From contig CAWCNY010000007.1 of the NCBI GenBank assembly GCA_963797095.1, forward strand, positions 128,001 through 192,000: a DNA stretch of 64,000 nucleotides. The letters run 5' to 3'. The notes under the pieces are model-generated. The model did not search any database. It saw only the letters and a list, made by a program, of their open reading frames with translations, and was not told the DNA's origin. How positions within the stretch are numbered: the first letter of the stretch is position 1; every line of letters begins with the position of its first letter. Shown in pieces: positions 10,461-21,005 of this stretch. The position numbers and the translations under genes are program-made. This DNA comes from an uncultured Chloroflexia bacterium (lineage in GTDB: Bacteria; Chloroflexota; Chloroflexia; QHBQ01; JADMIH01).

Positions 10461-11562
10461 CTTTGAGGGCCTTTAGCTCGGTCACTACGCGGCTGAGGAA
10501 GTCGTCGGCGTTGCGCACGATGCCGAACGCCTGGTGGGTGCCCCGGTCTACCAGTTTCTGGATCACCATCTCCTCCTGGTCAACCACGATTGTATAGACC
10601 GGCTCCATCTTGCCGTTGCGCTCTATGTAGGTTGGCATCATGTTGCCTGTGGCGATGGAGTGGAGCATGGTGGCAAGCATGACGACCAGGGTAGCGCCCG
10701 GCGTGAAGAAGCGCATCTTGTCCTGGGCCTCCAGCACGTCGGTAATCACGCCAGGCAGGGGGCCATCGTCGCGGATGGAGCCTGCCAGGATGAAGGGCAC
10801 CCCGTAGGTGACCAGCGCGTGCATGATACCGTCGGGGATGATGCCCGACTGGACCGCGCCAGCGATGCTCCCCGCGCGGCGCACGGTGTTGATGGCGTCC
10901 ATGTGGTGGCGATGCCCTCCTATCACGGTGTGCCCTTCGAGGTCCATGCCGAGAGCGGTACCGTAGAGGGCGAGCTCAAGGTCGTGCACAGCCACGGCGT
11001 TGCCGCCGAACACCGCGCCCACGTAGCCGTTCTCGATCAGCCAGGCCATGTGGTCGCGCCCGCCCGCGTGCACGACAGCGGGGCCAAGCACCCAGATGCT
11101 GCGCCCGTTGCGGCGCTTGTCCCATTCGAGTAGCTCGGCCAGGCGTCGGTAGTTGATGGGTCGCTCGCGCGATGCGCCGCTAGCCATGAAGGTGAAGGCC
11201 TCGCCCGTGGAGGTGGTGGTGCCGAAGCCGTTGTGATGCACCAGCAGGCCGGTATTGCCGTCCTCCTGGGTGCCTGTAACGACCGATTGCCCGGCGCGCA
11301 CCTTACGCATCTCGGTGCAGACGAACTCCTGGGCTTTGTCATCCCAGATGAGAAGGGCATCCATCCTGGGCTTCCTGGCGAGCAGCCATTTGCCGCCACG
11401 CTTGACATAGGTGGGGAAGTTGGTGGAGGAGTAGAAGGCGGTGGGTGCAAGGCCATCCGCGCTGGCAAGTTCGACGGCAGCGTCGGGCGCATCGGCCAGA
11501 TGAGGCTGGCTGAAGTCGGGTGGGGTGTAGGTCAGGTCAAAATCGTATTTGCGTTGCGACAA
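10453..11562 (-). CDS. TIGR00300/LOR-SDH family protein, probable ornithine cyclodeaminase (AgrE/ArgZ C-terminal type)
   Basis: FYSSTNFPT, RMD, GPAVVH, GNAVAVHD, LAGSIRDDGPLP, TMLHSIATGNM and KLVDRG motifs. Confidence 0.8.
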   Translation of the reverse strand: MSQRKYDFDLTYTPPDFSQPHLADAPDAAVELASADGLAPTAFYSSTNFPTYVKRGGKWLLARKPRMDALLIWDDKAQEFVCTEMRKVRAGQSVVTGTQEDGNTGLLVHHNGFGTTTSTGEAFTFMASGASRERPINYRRLAELLEWDKRRNGRSIWVLGPAVVHAGGRDHMAWLIENGYVGAVFGGNAVAVHDLELALYGTALGMDLEGHTVIGGHRHHMDAINTVRRAGSIAGAVQSGIIPDGIMHALVTYGVPFILAGSIRDDGPLPGVITDVLEAQDKMRFFTPGATLVVMLATMLHSIATGNMMPTYIERNGKMEPVYTIVVDQEEMVIQKLVDRGTHQAFGIVRNADDFLSRVVTELKALKDG

Positions 11563-11584
11563 AGCTGGCTCCAGGCGTGGTTAG

Positions 11585-11857
11585 TTATGAACTAGCAGAG
11601 ATTAAAGGTTCCATGCGCTTTATCTGGCTCAAGCGCGTAGCGAAAACCAAGACCGCAGGAAGGTCATCGCGCTCCAAATCCTCATAGTCGGCCAGGATGT
11701 CGTCAGTGCTCATTCCTGAACTAAGCAACTCAAGCAATACCTCAACAGGATAGCGAAGCCCACGAATGCAAGGCTTGCCGTGGCAAATATCAGGATCAAT
11801 TGTTATGCGATCTAGTAATGACAATTTTATCTGCCTTTCGTAAGCAACAGAGGCCAC
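11585..11857 (-). CDS. DUF433 domain protein (putative antitoxin)
   Basis: RITIDPDICHGKPCIRGLRYPV...G....ILADY.DL. Confidence 0.9.
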   Translation of the reverse strand: MASVAYERQIKLSLLDRITIDPDICHGKPCIRGLRYPVEVLLELLSSGMSTDDILADYEDLERDDLPAVLVFATRLSQIKRMEPLISASS

Positions 11858-11885
11858 TCTGCATTTATATCACAATCCCTGCACG

Positions 11886-13550
11886 TTACTCCTGCATCGG
11901 CACGCGAATGCCGAACCGCTGTGCGGCCTCCAGGGCTTCGTCGTAGCCCGCGTCGGCGTGGCGGATTATGCCCATGCCGGGGTCGGTGGTCAGCACGCGT
12001 TGCAGGCGGGCGTCGGCGGCTTCGGTGCCGTCTGCCACTATCACCTGGCCCGCGTGGATGCTGTAGCCGATGCCCACCCCTCCCCCGTGGTGGACCGATA
12101 CCCAGGTCGCGCCGCCGACCGCGTTGATCAGCGCGTTCAGGATCGGCCAGTCAGCGATGGCGTCGCTGCCGTCCTTCATCGACTCGGTCTCGCGGTTGGG
12201 CGAGGCCACGCTCCCCGCGTCGAGGTGGTCGCGGCCTATGACTATGGGCGCGCTCAGTTCGCCGTCGCGCACCATCTTGTTGACCACAGCGCCGAAGTGG
12301 GCGCGCTCGCCGTAGCCGAGCCAGCAGATGCGGGCGGGCAGGCCCTGGAACTTGACGCGCTCGCGAGCCAACTTGATCCAGCGCACCACGGATTGGTTGT
12401 CCGCGAACTCGCGCAGCACCATATCATCGATCCTGTAGATATCCTCCGGGTCGCCTGAGAGGGCGGCCCACCTGAAAGGCCCCTTCCCCTCGCAGAAAAG
12501 GGGACGGATGTAGGCGGGCACGAAGCCGGGGAAATCGAAGGCGTTGGTCACGCCCTGCCCGTAGGCTTGCTGGCGGATGTTGTTGCCATAGTCGAACACC
12601 ACCGCGCCCATCTTTTGCAGGTCGAGCATGGCGCGCACGTGCAACGCCATCGAAGCGAGCGATTTACGCACGTACTCGTCGGGGTCGCTGGCGCGCAACG
12701 CGGCCGCCTGCTCCACGTCGTAGCCTGTGGGCACGTAGCCGTTGAGGGGGTCGTGCGCCGAGGTCTGGTCGGTGACGAGGTCGGGCACCCTGCCGCGCCG
12801 CACCATTTCGGGGTAGATGTCGGCGGCGTTGCCCAGCAAACCGATGGATAGGGGCTTGCGCTCTTTGATGGCGGCATCCGCCAGCGCGAGGGCTTCATCG
12901 AGCGTTTCGGCTGAGGTATCGAGATAGCGGGTATCGAGCCTGCGCCGGATGTGGGTGGGGTCAACCTCCACGCAGAGAGCCACCCCGCCGTTCATCGTGA
13001 CGGCGAGCGGTTGGGCACCACCCATCCCACCCAAACCTGCGGTCAGAATGAGCTTGCCCGCAAGGTCGGCCTCGAGACCGTAGTGCTTGCGAGCGGCCTG
13101 CGCGAAAGTCTCGTATGTGCCCTGGAGGATGCCCTGCGTGCCGATGTATATCCAGCTACCGGCGGTCATCTGGCCGTACATGATCAGGCCCTCGGCCTCC
13201 AGTTTGGAAAAGACTTCGCGGGTGGCCCAGTGGGGCACGAGGTTGGAGTTGGCGATCAGTACGCGTGGCGCGTCGGGGTGGGTCTTGAAGACGCCCGCGG
13301 GCTTGCCGCTCTGCACCAGCAGGGTCTCGTCGTTTTCAAGCTCGCGCAGGCATGCTATGATCTTGTGGAAGGCGGGCCAGTTGCGGGCCGCTTTGCCTCG
13401 GCCACCGTACACAACAAGGTCCTGCGGACGCTCGGCCACTTCGGGGTCGAGGTTGTTCATCAGCATCCGCATGGCCGCTTCCTGAAGCCACCCCTTCGCG
13501 CTAAGTTGGGTGCCGCGTGGGGCGCGAATTGTTTGTTCAAGAGTCTTCAT
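11886..13550 (-). CDS. hutU: urocanate hydratase
   Basis: [38 protein letters not shown] and HHGGGVG motifs. Confidence 0.97.
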   Translation of the reverse strand: MKTLEQTIRAPRGTQLSAKGWLQEAAMRMLMNNLDPEVAERPQDLVVYGGRGKAARNWPAFHKIIACLRELENDETLLVQSGKPAGVFKTHPDAPRVLIANSNLVPHWATREVFSKLEAEGLIMYGQMTAGSWIYIGTQGILQGTYETFAQAARKHYGLEADLAGKLILTAGLGGMGGAQPLAVTMNGGVALCVEVDPTHIRRRLDTRYLDTSAETLDEALALADAAIKERKPLSIGLLGNAADIYPEMVRRGRVPDLVTDQTSAHDPLNGYVPTGYDVEQAAALRASDPDEYVRKSLASMALHVRAMLDLQKMGAVVFDYGNNIRQQAYGQGVTNAFDFPGFVPAYIRPLFCEGKGPFRWAALSGDPEDIYRIDDMVLREFADNQSVVRWIKLARERVKFQGLPARICWLGYGERAHFGAVVNKMVRDGELSAPIVIGRDHLDAGSVASPNRETESMKDGSDAIADWPILNALINAVGGATWVSVHHGGGVGIGYSIHAGQVIVADGTEAADARLQRVLTTDPGMGIIRHADAGYDEALEAAQRFGIRVPMQE

Positions 13551-14602
13551 TGACTTGCTCTCCTGACGTTCTGTACTTCACACTCGTACTGCGAAGAAGC
13601 TTGCTTGACGCTATAACCTACCAATTCGTAGAGGTGATTGGCCCCCGTCGCGCTGCTAGCGTCTACGTTCAAGTATACGTCTTCCACCCCGGCCTCGCGC
13701 AACGATTGGAGCGACCGCAGCAAAAGATTGCGAGCAAGACCCCTGCCACGCCACTCGCGCAGCGTGCCCACATAGGTTATTAGGGCATCGGCTGCACCTG
13801 TCTCTTTGTTCTTGACAGCCCCCACATCTACGATGCAGACCGACACTATCTGCCTGGTATTATCACCCTCGGCGACCCACGAAAGCTCAGGGCGGAGGGT
13901 ATCGACGTTATCCCAGTGCTGCCACTCTTGCGCGAACACATCTTTATTGAAGTCGTAATGGTCGGCGAAGGAAGCAAGAGCCGCCTGCCGCACGCCTGCA
14001 TTGTCGTCGGGCTTTCTGTATGTATGGAAGCTCACCCCCTCCACAGCGGCGGGCTCAAGGATCGGGTCAGACGTGGTGCGGTGCATCCAGTACCAGCGGC
14101 GCTCCTCCTGCATGCCAAGCCACCGCCAGAGGGCGATCCCGTTGGTGCTGGAATCAAATGTATAGGCTCGCACCAGCACGCGCCGCCCTGGGAGCACCAC
14201 TCCTTCCTCGCGCTTCCGCTCTTCTTCGGAATCGACTATCGCCAGCAACTCGCGAGCCGTGTCGCGCTCCGTCAGGCTGTCACGCAGGGAGGGGTGCACC
14301 CGGAAGGCAAGCTCGTAGACGCACTCGTTCGTTTCCGTATTTTCGATGGGGAAGGCGCGGCCCGTGCCGAGCAGCGCGCCCGTGGGCAAGCCTTCAGGGA
14401 GTGGCCCATCCACCACGACCACATGGCGCTGCGGGTCGCGGCCCGGCTGGTTGTACATCCGCTCATAATCCGCCTCCGTCATCTGCCAATCGTCGGTGGT
14501 GGCGCTGACGGCATTGGCCAGGGCTACCAGGGCGGGGATATCGCCCTGTCGGTAGAGCCGTATCGACCATTCGGCATCGTGCTGCGCTTCGTTACCTGCC
14601 AT
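13547..14602 (-). CDS. tandem-GNAT acetyltransferase
   Basis: [14 protein letters not shown] acetyl-CoA motif and L.VD..S.TGA..LYE.VG. Paralog of the two upstream genes. Confidence 0.85.
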   Translation of the reverse strand: MAGNEAQHDAEWSIRLYRQGDIPALVALANAVSATTDDWQMTEADYERMYNQPGRDPQRHVVVVDGPLPEGLPTGALLGTGRAFPIENTETNECVYELAFRVHPSLRDSLTERDTARELLAIVDSEEERKREEGVVLPGRRVLVRAYTFDSSTNGIALWRWLGMQEERRWYWMHRTTSDPILEPAAVEGVSFHTYRKPDDNAGVRQAALASFADHYDFNKDVFAQEWQHWDNVDTLRPELSWVAEGDNTRQIVSVCIVDVGAVKNKETGAADALITYVGTLREWRGRGLARNLLLRSLQSLREAGVEDVYLNVDASSATGANHLYELVGYSVKQASSQYECEVQNVRRASQ

Positions 14603-14631
14603 ATGTGCCAACCTCTTATATAATCACAGCC

Positions 14632-15645
14632 TTATGCCGTCAATTCATCGAGCGGCGCTCTGTAGTTCAGCCACACATCGTGCACTCCGAACCCAACCAA
14701 CTCGTACAGCCTGTTCGCGCCTGTGAGGCTGCCGGTGTCCACGCCGAGCGCGCCTGTGTCGAACCCTGCCTCTTTGAATGTTTGGAGCGCCCTCGCTATC
14801 AGACCGCGCGCTACGCCCTTGCCGCGCCAATCCCTGACCGTGCCGAGCAGTTCGATCCACGCCCAGTTGCGCCCAAGCTGCTCGTTCTCGCTGGCGTATA
14901 CCGATGCCAGGCAGAAGCCCGCCAGCCTGCCGCCCTCGCCATCTATCTCGGCCACCCACGACATATCGAGACGCATTACCTGGCGCTCCAGGCGGTGCTG
15001 CCACGCTTCGACGCTGCTGGCGTGCGACCCGAAATGGTCGCGAAACGAGTCGTTGTACGCCTCGCGGCTTGGCTCGTCGTCGCGCACAGGCTCGAACTTC
15101 CTGAAGAGCACTCTCTCAACATGCTTCGGCTCTTCGATGCTATCAAGCGGGCGCGACATCATATAGAAGCGGCGCTCTTCTCGCAGTCCCAGGCTCTCGT
15201 AAAACTCCTGCCGCCACACGCTTCTCGGAGAAAGGAAGTCTCTCACCTCCACCTCGCTCGCCGCCGCTCGATCGGGGTCGCTCTCGATGCTCCGTATGAT
15301 CTCGATTAGCTTGCGGGCGATTGTGCGCGGCAATTCCGTCGCCCGCATTGCCGGATCGACGTCCATGCTCAGCGAATAGGTGCGACTGTTGTCGTCGGGG
15401 TTGTCGCGCATATGCACCGAGCCGAACCCTATAATGGCTTCTTCGGCCGGATCTTCGGCATTCAGACCTTCGACAACTAATGCCTGCCGTTCCACGTCGA
15501 AGCCGGGGCCGCTGACCATGCCCTCGACATCTTCTTCGCCGTACGCAATTTCAACGCTATCGGCCTCGAAGCCCGCGTTGAAAATAGCGGCAACCCCGTC
15601 AAGATCGCCCTCACGGTATGGGCGCATATGCCACCCGGACTCCAT
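14632..15645 (-). CDS. tandem-GNAT acetyltransferase
   Basis: LGTVRDWRGKGVAR and LGVDTGSLTGANRLYELVGF. Confidence 0.85.
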   Translation of the reverse strand: MESGWHMRPYREGDLDGVAAIFNAGFEADSVEIAYGEEDVEGMVSGPGFDVERQALVVEGLNAEDPAEEAIIGFGSVHMRDNPDDNSRTYSLSMDVDPAMRATELPRTIARKLIEIIRSIESDPDRAAASEVEVRDFLSPRSVWRQEFYESLGLREERRFYMMSRPLDSIEEPKHVERVLFRKFEPVRDDEPSREAYNDSFRDHFGSHASSVEAWQHRLERQVMRLDMSWVAEIDGEGGRLAGFCLASVYASENEQLGRNWAWIELLGTVRDWRGKGVARGLIARALQTFKEAGFDTGALGVDTGSLTGANRLYELVGFGVHDVWLNYRAPLDELTA

Positions 15646-16706
15646 CAGAGTTTCACGCTCTCAAGGGGCGCTTCATATGCGAACTCGCGCACGCGGATGC
15701 GGAAGCCAACCAATTCGTAGAGGCGGTTCGCACCTGTGGGACTGGTCGAGTCGACGCCGAGGAGGGCGGTGTCCATGCCCGCATTCTTGAGGGAGAGGAG
15801 GCCGTGCAATATGAGGGCTCGGCCCAGGCCAACCCGCCGCCAGTTGCGGGTGGTGCCCAGGAGATCGATCCAGGCCTCCTTTACACCTCGTAGCTCGTTA
15901 TCTTCAACATCGACGCTGTTTATGCAGAAACCGGCAAAGGTGCCCGGCTCGGCATCCACTTCGGCCAGCACAGAGAGGTCGGGGCGAGTGGTCCCTTGCG
16001 AAGACCAGTGCTCCCAATCCTCGCTATCGATCGGGTGGTGGTCCCAGTGGTCGGAGAAGGAGTCGTTGAAAGCGATGCGCGCCCCCTCGCTGTCTTGCGG
16101 GTAATTGAAGGGGTGGATGGTCACGCCATCCACCAATGGAGGCTCGTCGATGGGGTCGTGCAGGGGGCGCGCCATCGTCCAGAACTGCCGCACCTCGCGC
16201 AAACCCATTTCATGGAACAGGGCGCGCTTGTACGATATCGGCTCAAGGGTGCCTGCCTTGATGAGGCGCTTGTCCATAGGTTTCATGGTGGGGTCGCTCT
16301 CATAGCCGCGCACGATCTCCATCAGCTTGCGTACCAGAATACGCTCAAGGCCAAGCCCCTCGGCACCCTTATGCACCGCGAAGTTCAGGTAGTACATACG
16401 CTCGCCGGTGTCCTCGTCTTCCTCGTATCGGAGGCTGGCATGGCCCAGGTGCATATTGTGGGGCACACCCGGGATGTGCGGGCCATCGACCACCAGGCGC
16501 TGCCGGGCAGGGTCGGAGCGTGGAGAGGTAAGGTACGATCTCAGTATCGACTCGCTAAGCGATTGCTCTATCCTATAGGCATTGTAGACCGAATTGTAGA
16601 GGGCGACCACAGCCGGCACATCGCTATCGGCGAACGGCCTTATATGCCAGTCGATATTGTTGTCTGTGCCTTCGGTGGGGGTATCCTGGATCGAAACGTC
16701 GGACAA
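15645..16706 (-). CDS. tandem-GNAT acetyltransferase
   Basis: F.DHW, LGTTRNWRRVGLGR and LGVDSTSPTGANRLYELVGF. Confidence 0.85.
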   Translation of the reverse strand: MSDVSIQDTPTEGTDNNIDWHIRPFADSDVPAVVALYNSVYNAYRIEQSLSESILRSYLTSPRSDPARQRLVVDGPHIPGVPHNMHLGHASLRYEEDEDTGERMYYLNFAVHKGAEGLGLERILVRKLMEIVRGYESDPTMKPMDKRLIKAGTLEPISYKRALFHEMGLREVRQFWTMARPLHDPIDEPPLVDGVTIHPFNYPQDSEGARIAFNDSFSDHWDHHPIDSEDWEHWSSQGTTRPDLSVLAEVDAEPGTFAGFCINSVDVEDNELRGVKEAWIDLLGTTRNWRRVGLGRALILHGLLSLKNAGMDTALLGVDSTSPTGANRLYELVGFRIRVREFAYEAPLESVKL

Positions 16707-16818
16707 GGGAACACCTCTGCTCAGTTGTATTCGTTAAAGGACTGTATAATAGGCATGATAGGCATACCGGCACTGGTCCAACCGACATTGTATCATATCG
16801 TTCTCAGGGGTAACAATC

Positions 16819-18369
16819 GTGCGTGCTCTTTTGCGCCTTGCGCTTTCATTATTCGCTGTAACTCTAATACTCCTCGATTTCGGCCTCCCCATCAGCGGTC
16901 AGGTGGTGGATTTCCAGGGTCACACGGCCCTGGCCCAAACACATACGCTGCAACCGGCAGCCGCACAGCCCTACACGGGCGACCCGCTTGAGCCGAGGCC
17001 CGCGCCCATTACGCCCGCGCCTTACACAAGGTATTACACCGAGACGGGGCACTACCTTGGCGGCGAGTTCCTCGACTACTACAACGCCAACCCGAAGGCC
17101 GCCGAACTGTTCGGCCTGCCCATAAGCGAGGAGTTCCCACAGCAGTTCAACAACGGCGCTATCTTCTATGTGCAATATTTCGAGCGTGCGCGCCTGGAGT
17201 GGCATGAGGATCTGCCCGAAGGACAACGCGTGCAGTTGGGGAGCCTATCACGCGAGGTGCTGGGCAGCAAGACCTTCGAGCGGATGCCCGCCGGTGAGAG
17301 CAGCGACAACAGCATTTATTTGCCCGAGACGGGGCACACGGTATCGAACGGGTTCCTCAATTACTGGCGAGATAACGGTGGGCTTGCGGTGTTCGGCTAC
17401 CCGATCAGCGAGGAAACCGTCGAGGATGGGCTGAACGTCCAGTGGTTCGAGCGCGCGCGGTTCGAGTTCTACAAGGCGTTCGACGGCACGGCCTACGGCG
17501 TGCAACTATCGCCGCTGGGGTACCTGGCGCTGAAGGCGAGCAACTTCAACCTGCCTATGGGCACGCTGGTGCGCTTCAACCCGCCCCGCGTGGCCGAGGG
17601 CCATACCACCACTCTCACGGTGGGCGCAACTTCGGGAGTAAGCGTTACGGGCACGTACGAGGGGCGCGAATTGCTCTTCCAGCAAGACTCGGCGCGAGGG
17701 ATCGCGTGGGCCTTGATCGGTACGGAGCCGTTCGAGGATACAGGGGCGCACCCGGTTACGATCAACCTCCAGAACGGGGATGGAGGCAAAAGGACAGTGA
17801 CGCGCAACCTGGCAACGGATCCCTACCCTTACCCCAGCGAATCGCTGCAATTCGACCCCGCGACGGCCGCCCTGCTCGACCCATCTATCACCACGCCGGA
17901 GAGCGATCTCCTTGATCAGATTTTCTCGAAGCGCACGCCCACGCAATACTGGCAGGGAACGTTCCGGATGCCGCTGGATGGGCCTATCCGTATCACGTCC
18001 TATTTCGCCACGCGCCGGTGCTACAACTGCCCGGATGGCTCTGCGCCCACCACCTACCACGGTGGTATGGATATGGCCGCCGTTGAAGGGACTGAGGTAC
18101 ACGCGCCGGCAGATGGGGTGGTGGTGTTCGCGGGCAAGCTGCAAGTGCGAGGCAACGCGATCATTATCGACCACGGCATGGGGGTATTCTCGCTCTTCGC
18201 GCACAACTCGCGATTAATCGCTACTGTGGGGCAGATGGTCAAGAAAGGGGATGTTATTTCCCTCTCAGGAAATACGGGCCTATCGAACGGCCCGCACCTG
18301 CACTGGGAGCTACACGTCAGCGGCCCCCCGGTCGAGCCTCGGGAATGGGTGGCGCGAGCCCTCCCCTGA
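16819..18369 (+). CDS. secreted M23 peptidase with two FPETG modules
   Basis: Signal peptide, two ETGH...F..Y...G.PISEE..VQ.FERAR repeats, HGGMD and GPHLHWE M23 motifs. Confidence 0.9.
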   Translation: MRALLRLALSLFAVTLILLDFGLPISGQVVDFQGHTALAQTHTLQPAAAQPYTGDPLEPRPAPITPAPYTRYYTETGHYLGGEFLDYYNANPKAAELFGLPISEEFPQQFNNGAIFYVQYFERARLEWHEDLPEGQRVQLGSLSREVLGSKTFERMPAGESSDNSIYLPETGHTVSNGFLNYWRDNGGLAVFGYPISEETVEDGLNVQWFERARFEFYKAFDGTAYGVQLSPLGYLALKASNFNLPMGTLVRFNPPRVAEGHTTTLTVGATSGVSVTGTYEGRELLFQQDSARGIAWALIGTEPFEDTGAHPVTINLQNGDGGKRTVTRNLATDPYPYPSESLQFDPATAALLDPSITTPESDLLDQIFSKRTPTQYWQGTFRMPLDGPIRITSYFATRRCYNCPDGSAPTTYHGGMDMAAVEGTEVHAPADGVVVFAGKLQVRGNAIIIDHGMGVFSLFAHNSRLIATVGQMVKKGDVISLSGNTGLSNGPHLHWELHVSGPPVEPREWVARALP

Positions 18370-18441
18370 TCTACAATATACGCCGCCAGCCTCTCCCACA
18401 CTGAGTCTCCTGTGCGCCTATATCCTCTTAATAGTGGTCCG

Positions 18442-18529
18442 CGACATCCTGAGCATAGCGCCTTGGAAGTAAGCGTATACATCAACTTCCCCCTGTGCCC
18501 TGTCATCCTTCACTTCGTTCAGGATGACA
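18442..18529. repeat. degenerate REP-like element
   Basis: GACATCCTGAGC...ATCCTTCACTTCGTTCAGGATGACA inverted ends, between convergent genes. Confidence 0.55.
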
Positions 18530-18553
18530 ACCTCTTTGCAGAAACGCCGCACT

Positions 18554-18595
18554 CGGCACTCGGCACTCGGCACTCGGCACTCGGCACTCGGCACT
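18554..18595. repeat. heptamer tandem repeat (CGGCACT)6
   Basis: Six perfect copies plus one degenerate copy upstream. Confidence 0.95.
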
Positions 18596-18717
18596 GACAA
18601 CCGACAACAAAAAAATACCCGAAAGTACATCCCAGAAAGAGTCCAGTTTTGCCCTCCAACTGCCATTTAGTCAGTGAAGGGCAAAAATAACCCTGAAAAT
18701 CCGCAAAAGAAAGGAGA

Positions 18718-19224
18718 TCAAAAATCGTGCGGAGTGTGAACAGATACCGCGTAGTCGCAGGCAGCGTCCCACGGCTCGCGTGCCCAGCCAGCATAGCGGG
18801 CTTGTAAACGCAGACCGGCGGCGTGCGCAAGCCTATCGAAATCGTCCAGTTGCAGGCGGCCCATGCTCAGGTAGAAGCCTGTTATCAGGCTGCCGCCGGG
18901 AGCTAGATGCAGAGCCATGTTTTGTAGGGCAAGCTCCTCGCTCCCTTTCGCAAGAAAGAGCATCACGTTGCCAGCCAGCACTATAGCATCGAAGCGACGT
19001 TCCAGGCGCACGCGGCATATATCGCCCAACCGCCAGGAAAGTTGAGGAGCAGCAAGGCTGGCCCGCACCAGCATTGCCGTGCTGATGTCGATCCCGACAA
19101 CATCAAGGCCGCGCCGCGCAAGCTCTATAGCCACCCGCCCGGTGCCGCAACCCGCATCCAACACGGATCGGGGCGACGGTTGCAGGGATTGTATGAAATC
19201 CGCTTCGGCGGTGCCGTCCAGCAT
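18718..19224 (-). CDS. class I SAM-dependent methyltransferase
   Basis: VLDAGCGTG, VVGID, FDAI and HLAPGG motifs. Confidence 0.85.
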   Translation of the reverse strand: MLDGTAEADFIQSLQPSPRSVLDAGCGTGRVAIELARRGLDVVGIDISTAMLVRASLAAPQLSWRLGDICRVRLERRFDAIVLAGNVMLFLAKGSEELALQNMALHLAPGGSLITGFYLSMGRLQLDDFDRLAHAAGLRLQARYAGWAREPWDAACDYAVSVHTPHDF

Positions 19225-19297
19225 GGTGAGCCTTTAGCAATCAATGAGAACGAAATGAAACACAATCGACCGTAAGATTCACTATAATATAGGACAG

Positions 19298-20260
19298 ATG
19301 CCAATAACTGCCATCGAGCCGAATATCGCGTTCATGGGTACACCGGAGTTCGCAGTGCCGTCATTGCGGGCGCTAGTGGAGGGGCCATACAGGATCACGG
19401 TGGTCACGCAGCCCGACCGTCCCGCCGGACGTGGCGGGAAGCTGACCCCACCGCCTGTGAAGGTAGTCGCAGAGGAGTTCGGGCTGGATGTGCTGCAACC
19501 CGACAGCCTGCGAGACCCCGCTTTCAGAGAGCGGTTCGCGGCGTTACAGCCGAAAGTGACGGTGCTTGTGGCCTACGGAGAATATGTGGCCCCGTCGCTG
19601 CTGGACCTTCCTGAGCGGGGCAGCGTCAACCTGCACCCATCACTGCTGCCGAGATGGCGAGGCAGCACGCCTATCCAGTCGGCCATACTGGCTGGTGACA
19701 ACGTTACGGGCGTGAGCATCATCAGGATGGACAAGGGGCTTGATACAGGGCCGATAATCGCGCAACGGAGCGTGCCAATCGAGCCTGAGGGGACGCACCC
19801 GGAGCTGAGCTGGCGGCTGGCGCGGATCGGTGCGGAATTGTTGGCAGAAACGCTTCCGCTATGGCTGAGAGGTGAGGTCGAGGCGAGGCCGCAGGATGAT
19901 AGCCAGGCCACCATGACACGGACCCTCTCGAAAGAAGACGGTCTGCTGGATTGGAACATGCCGGCTGAGCAACTGGCTAGAAGGGTGCGCGCACTTCAGC
20001 CGTGGCCGGGGACCTATACTTACTGGGAGGATCGTTTGCTCAAGGTCCTGCAAGCGCGACCGGCCAGGCAGAATATGCAGGGGAAACCTGGGACGGTTTC
20101 GATCCTGCCTGGTAACGAGAAGAACATTGTCGTGCAAACCGGGAAAGATTCCCTTCAACTGTTGAGGGTGCAACCGGCGGGAAAAGCGGCTATGGAGGCA
20201 CGAGCCTTGCTTGCAGGGTATCCTGAGATAGCAGGCAGTGTGCTGAAAAGTCGGCTGTGA
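19298..20260 (+). CDS. fmt: methionyl-tRNA formyltransferase
   Basis: FMGTPEFAVPSL, VVTQPDRPAGRG, NLHPSLLPRWRG, GLDTG and PWPG. Confidence 0.96.
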   Translation: MPITAIEPNIAFMGTPEFAVPSLRALVEGPYRITVVTQPDRPAGRGGKLTPPPVKVVAEEFGLDVLQPDSLRDPAFRERFAALQPKVTVLVAYGEYVAPSLLDLPERGSVNLHPSLLPRWRGSTPIQSAILAGDNVTGVSIIRMDKGLDTGPIIAQRSVPIEPEGTHPELSWRLARIGAELLAETLPLWLRGEVEARPQDDSQATMTRTLSKEDGLLDWNMPAEQLARRVRALQPWPGTYTYWEDRLLKVLQARPARQNMQGKPGTVSILPGNEKNIVVQTGKDSLQLLRVQPAGKAAMEARALLAGYPEIAGSVLKSRL

Positions 20261-20373
20261 AACGAGGCGTGAAGTGGTGTATGAACTTGACGTACACCCC
20301 CCAAAAGTGTAGAAAGATAGTGTGGACCGGTCATAACCCGCAACCTGAAGTCCGCAAACAACCAAAGTAGAAT

Positions 20374-20943
20374 ATGCCAACCAATACACCTGAACCTCGG
20401 CTCCCGCTGGAGCCGGAAGAATACCCGCTCTATTCGCCGCCCAAGCGCATAGGTTGTTCGGCGTTAGCTATCCTGCCATTGTTGCTTGTGGCAGTGTTCG
20501 TGATCCTCTTCTTCCGGATCACACCCAACCTCGCGCAGGGGATGGTCAATCCAATCCGGCAGATACTGAATATTGAACTGCCGACGGTTGAGCCGACGCT
20601 TCCTCCCAACGAGGATGGTGGTTCGATGGCAACAATCACTGTAGCGGCGCCAACAAGGACACCTACTCACATACCAACAGCTACTCCTGTAATTCCTACA
20701 CCGCTACCTGAGGAGTACGTGCAGGTAGCCAACACAGGAGGGCAGGGAGTGCGATTGCGGGCCGAGCCGAAACTCGACGCAGACCGCGTGGATGGCCTGG
20801 CCGAAGGCGTGGTTTGCAAGGTCATCGGGACGGATGTGACTAACAGCGATGGAACGTGGCGCAACGTGGAAGTTGTGGACAGGAACGAAAAGGGGTGGGT
20901 GCTTAATCAGTGGCTTGCCCCTGCCGAGAAACCTAGTCCGTAG
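20374..20943 (+). CDS. membrane-anchored bacterial SH3 domain protein
   Basis: One TM helix, Pro/Thr linker, then VANTGGQGVRLRAEP...W..V......GWV. Confidence 0.75.
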   Translation: MPTNTPEPRLPLEPEEYPLYSPPKRIGCSALAILPLLLVAVFVILFFRITPNLAQGMVNPIRQILNIELPTVEPTLPPNEDGGSMATITVAAPTRTPTHIPTATPVIPTPLPEEYVQVANTGGQGVRLRAEPKLDADRVDGLAEGVVCKVIGTDVTNSDGTWRNVEVVDRNEKGWVLNQWLAPAEKPSP

Positions 20944-21005
20944 TACATTACAATGCGGTTAGGGAACACCCTATTCATCGTTCTTTGTCATGCAGGGGTA
21001 CGGCT

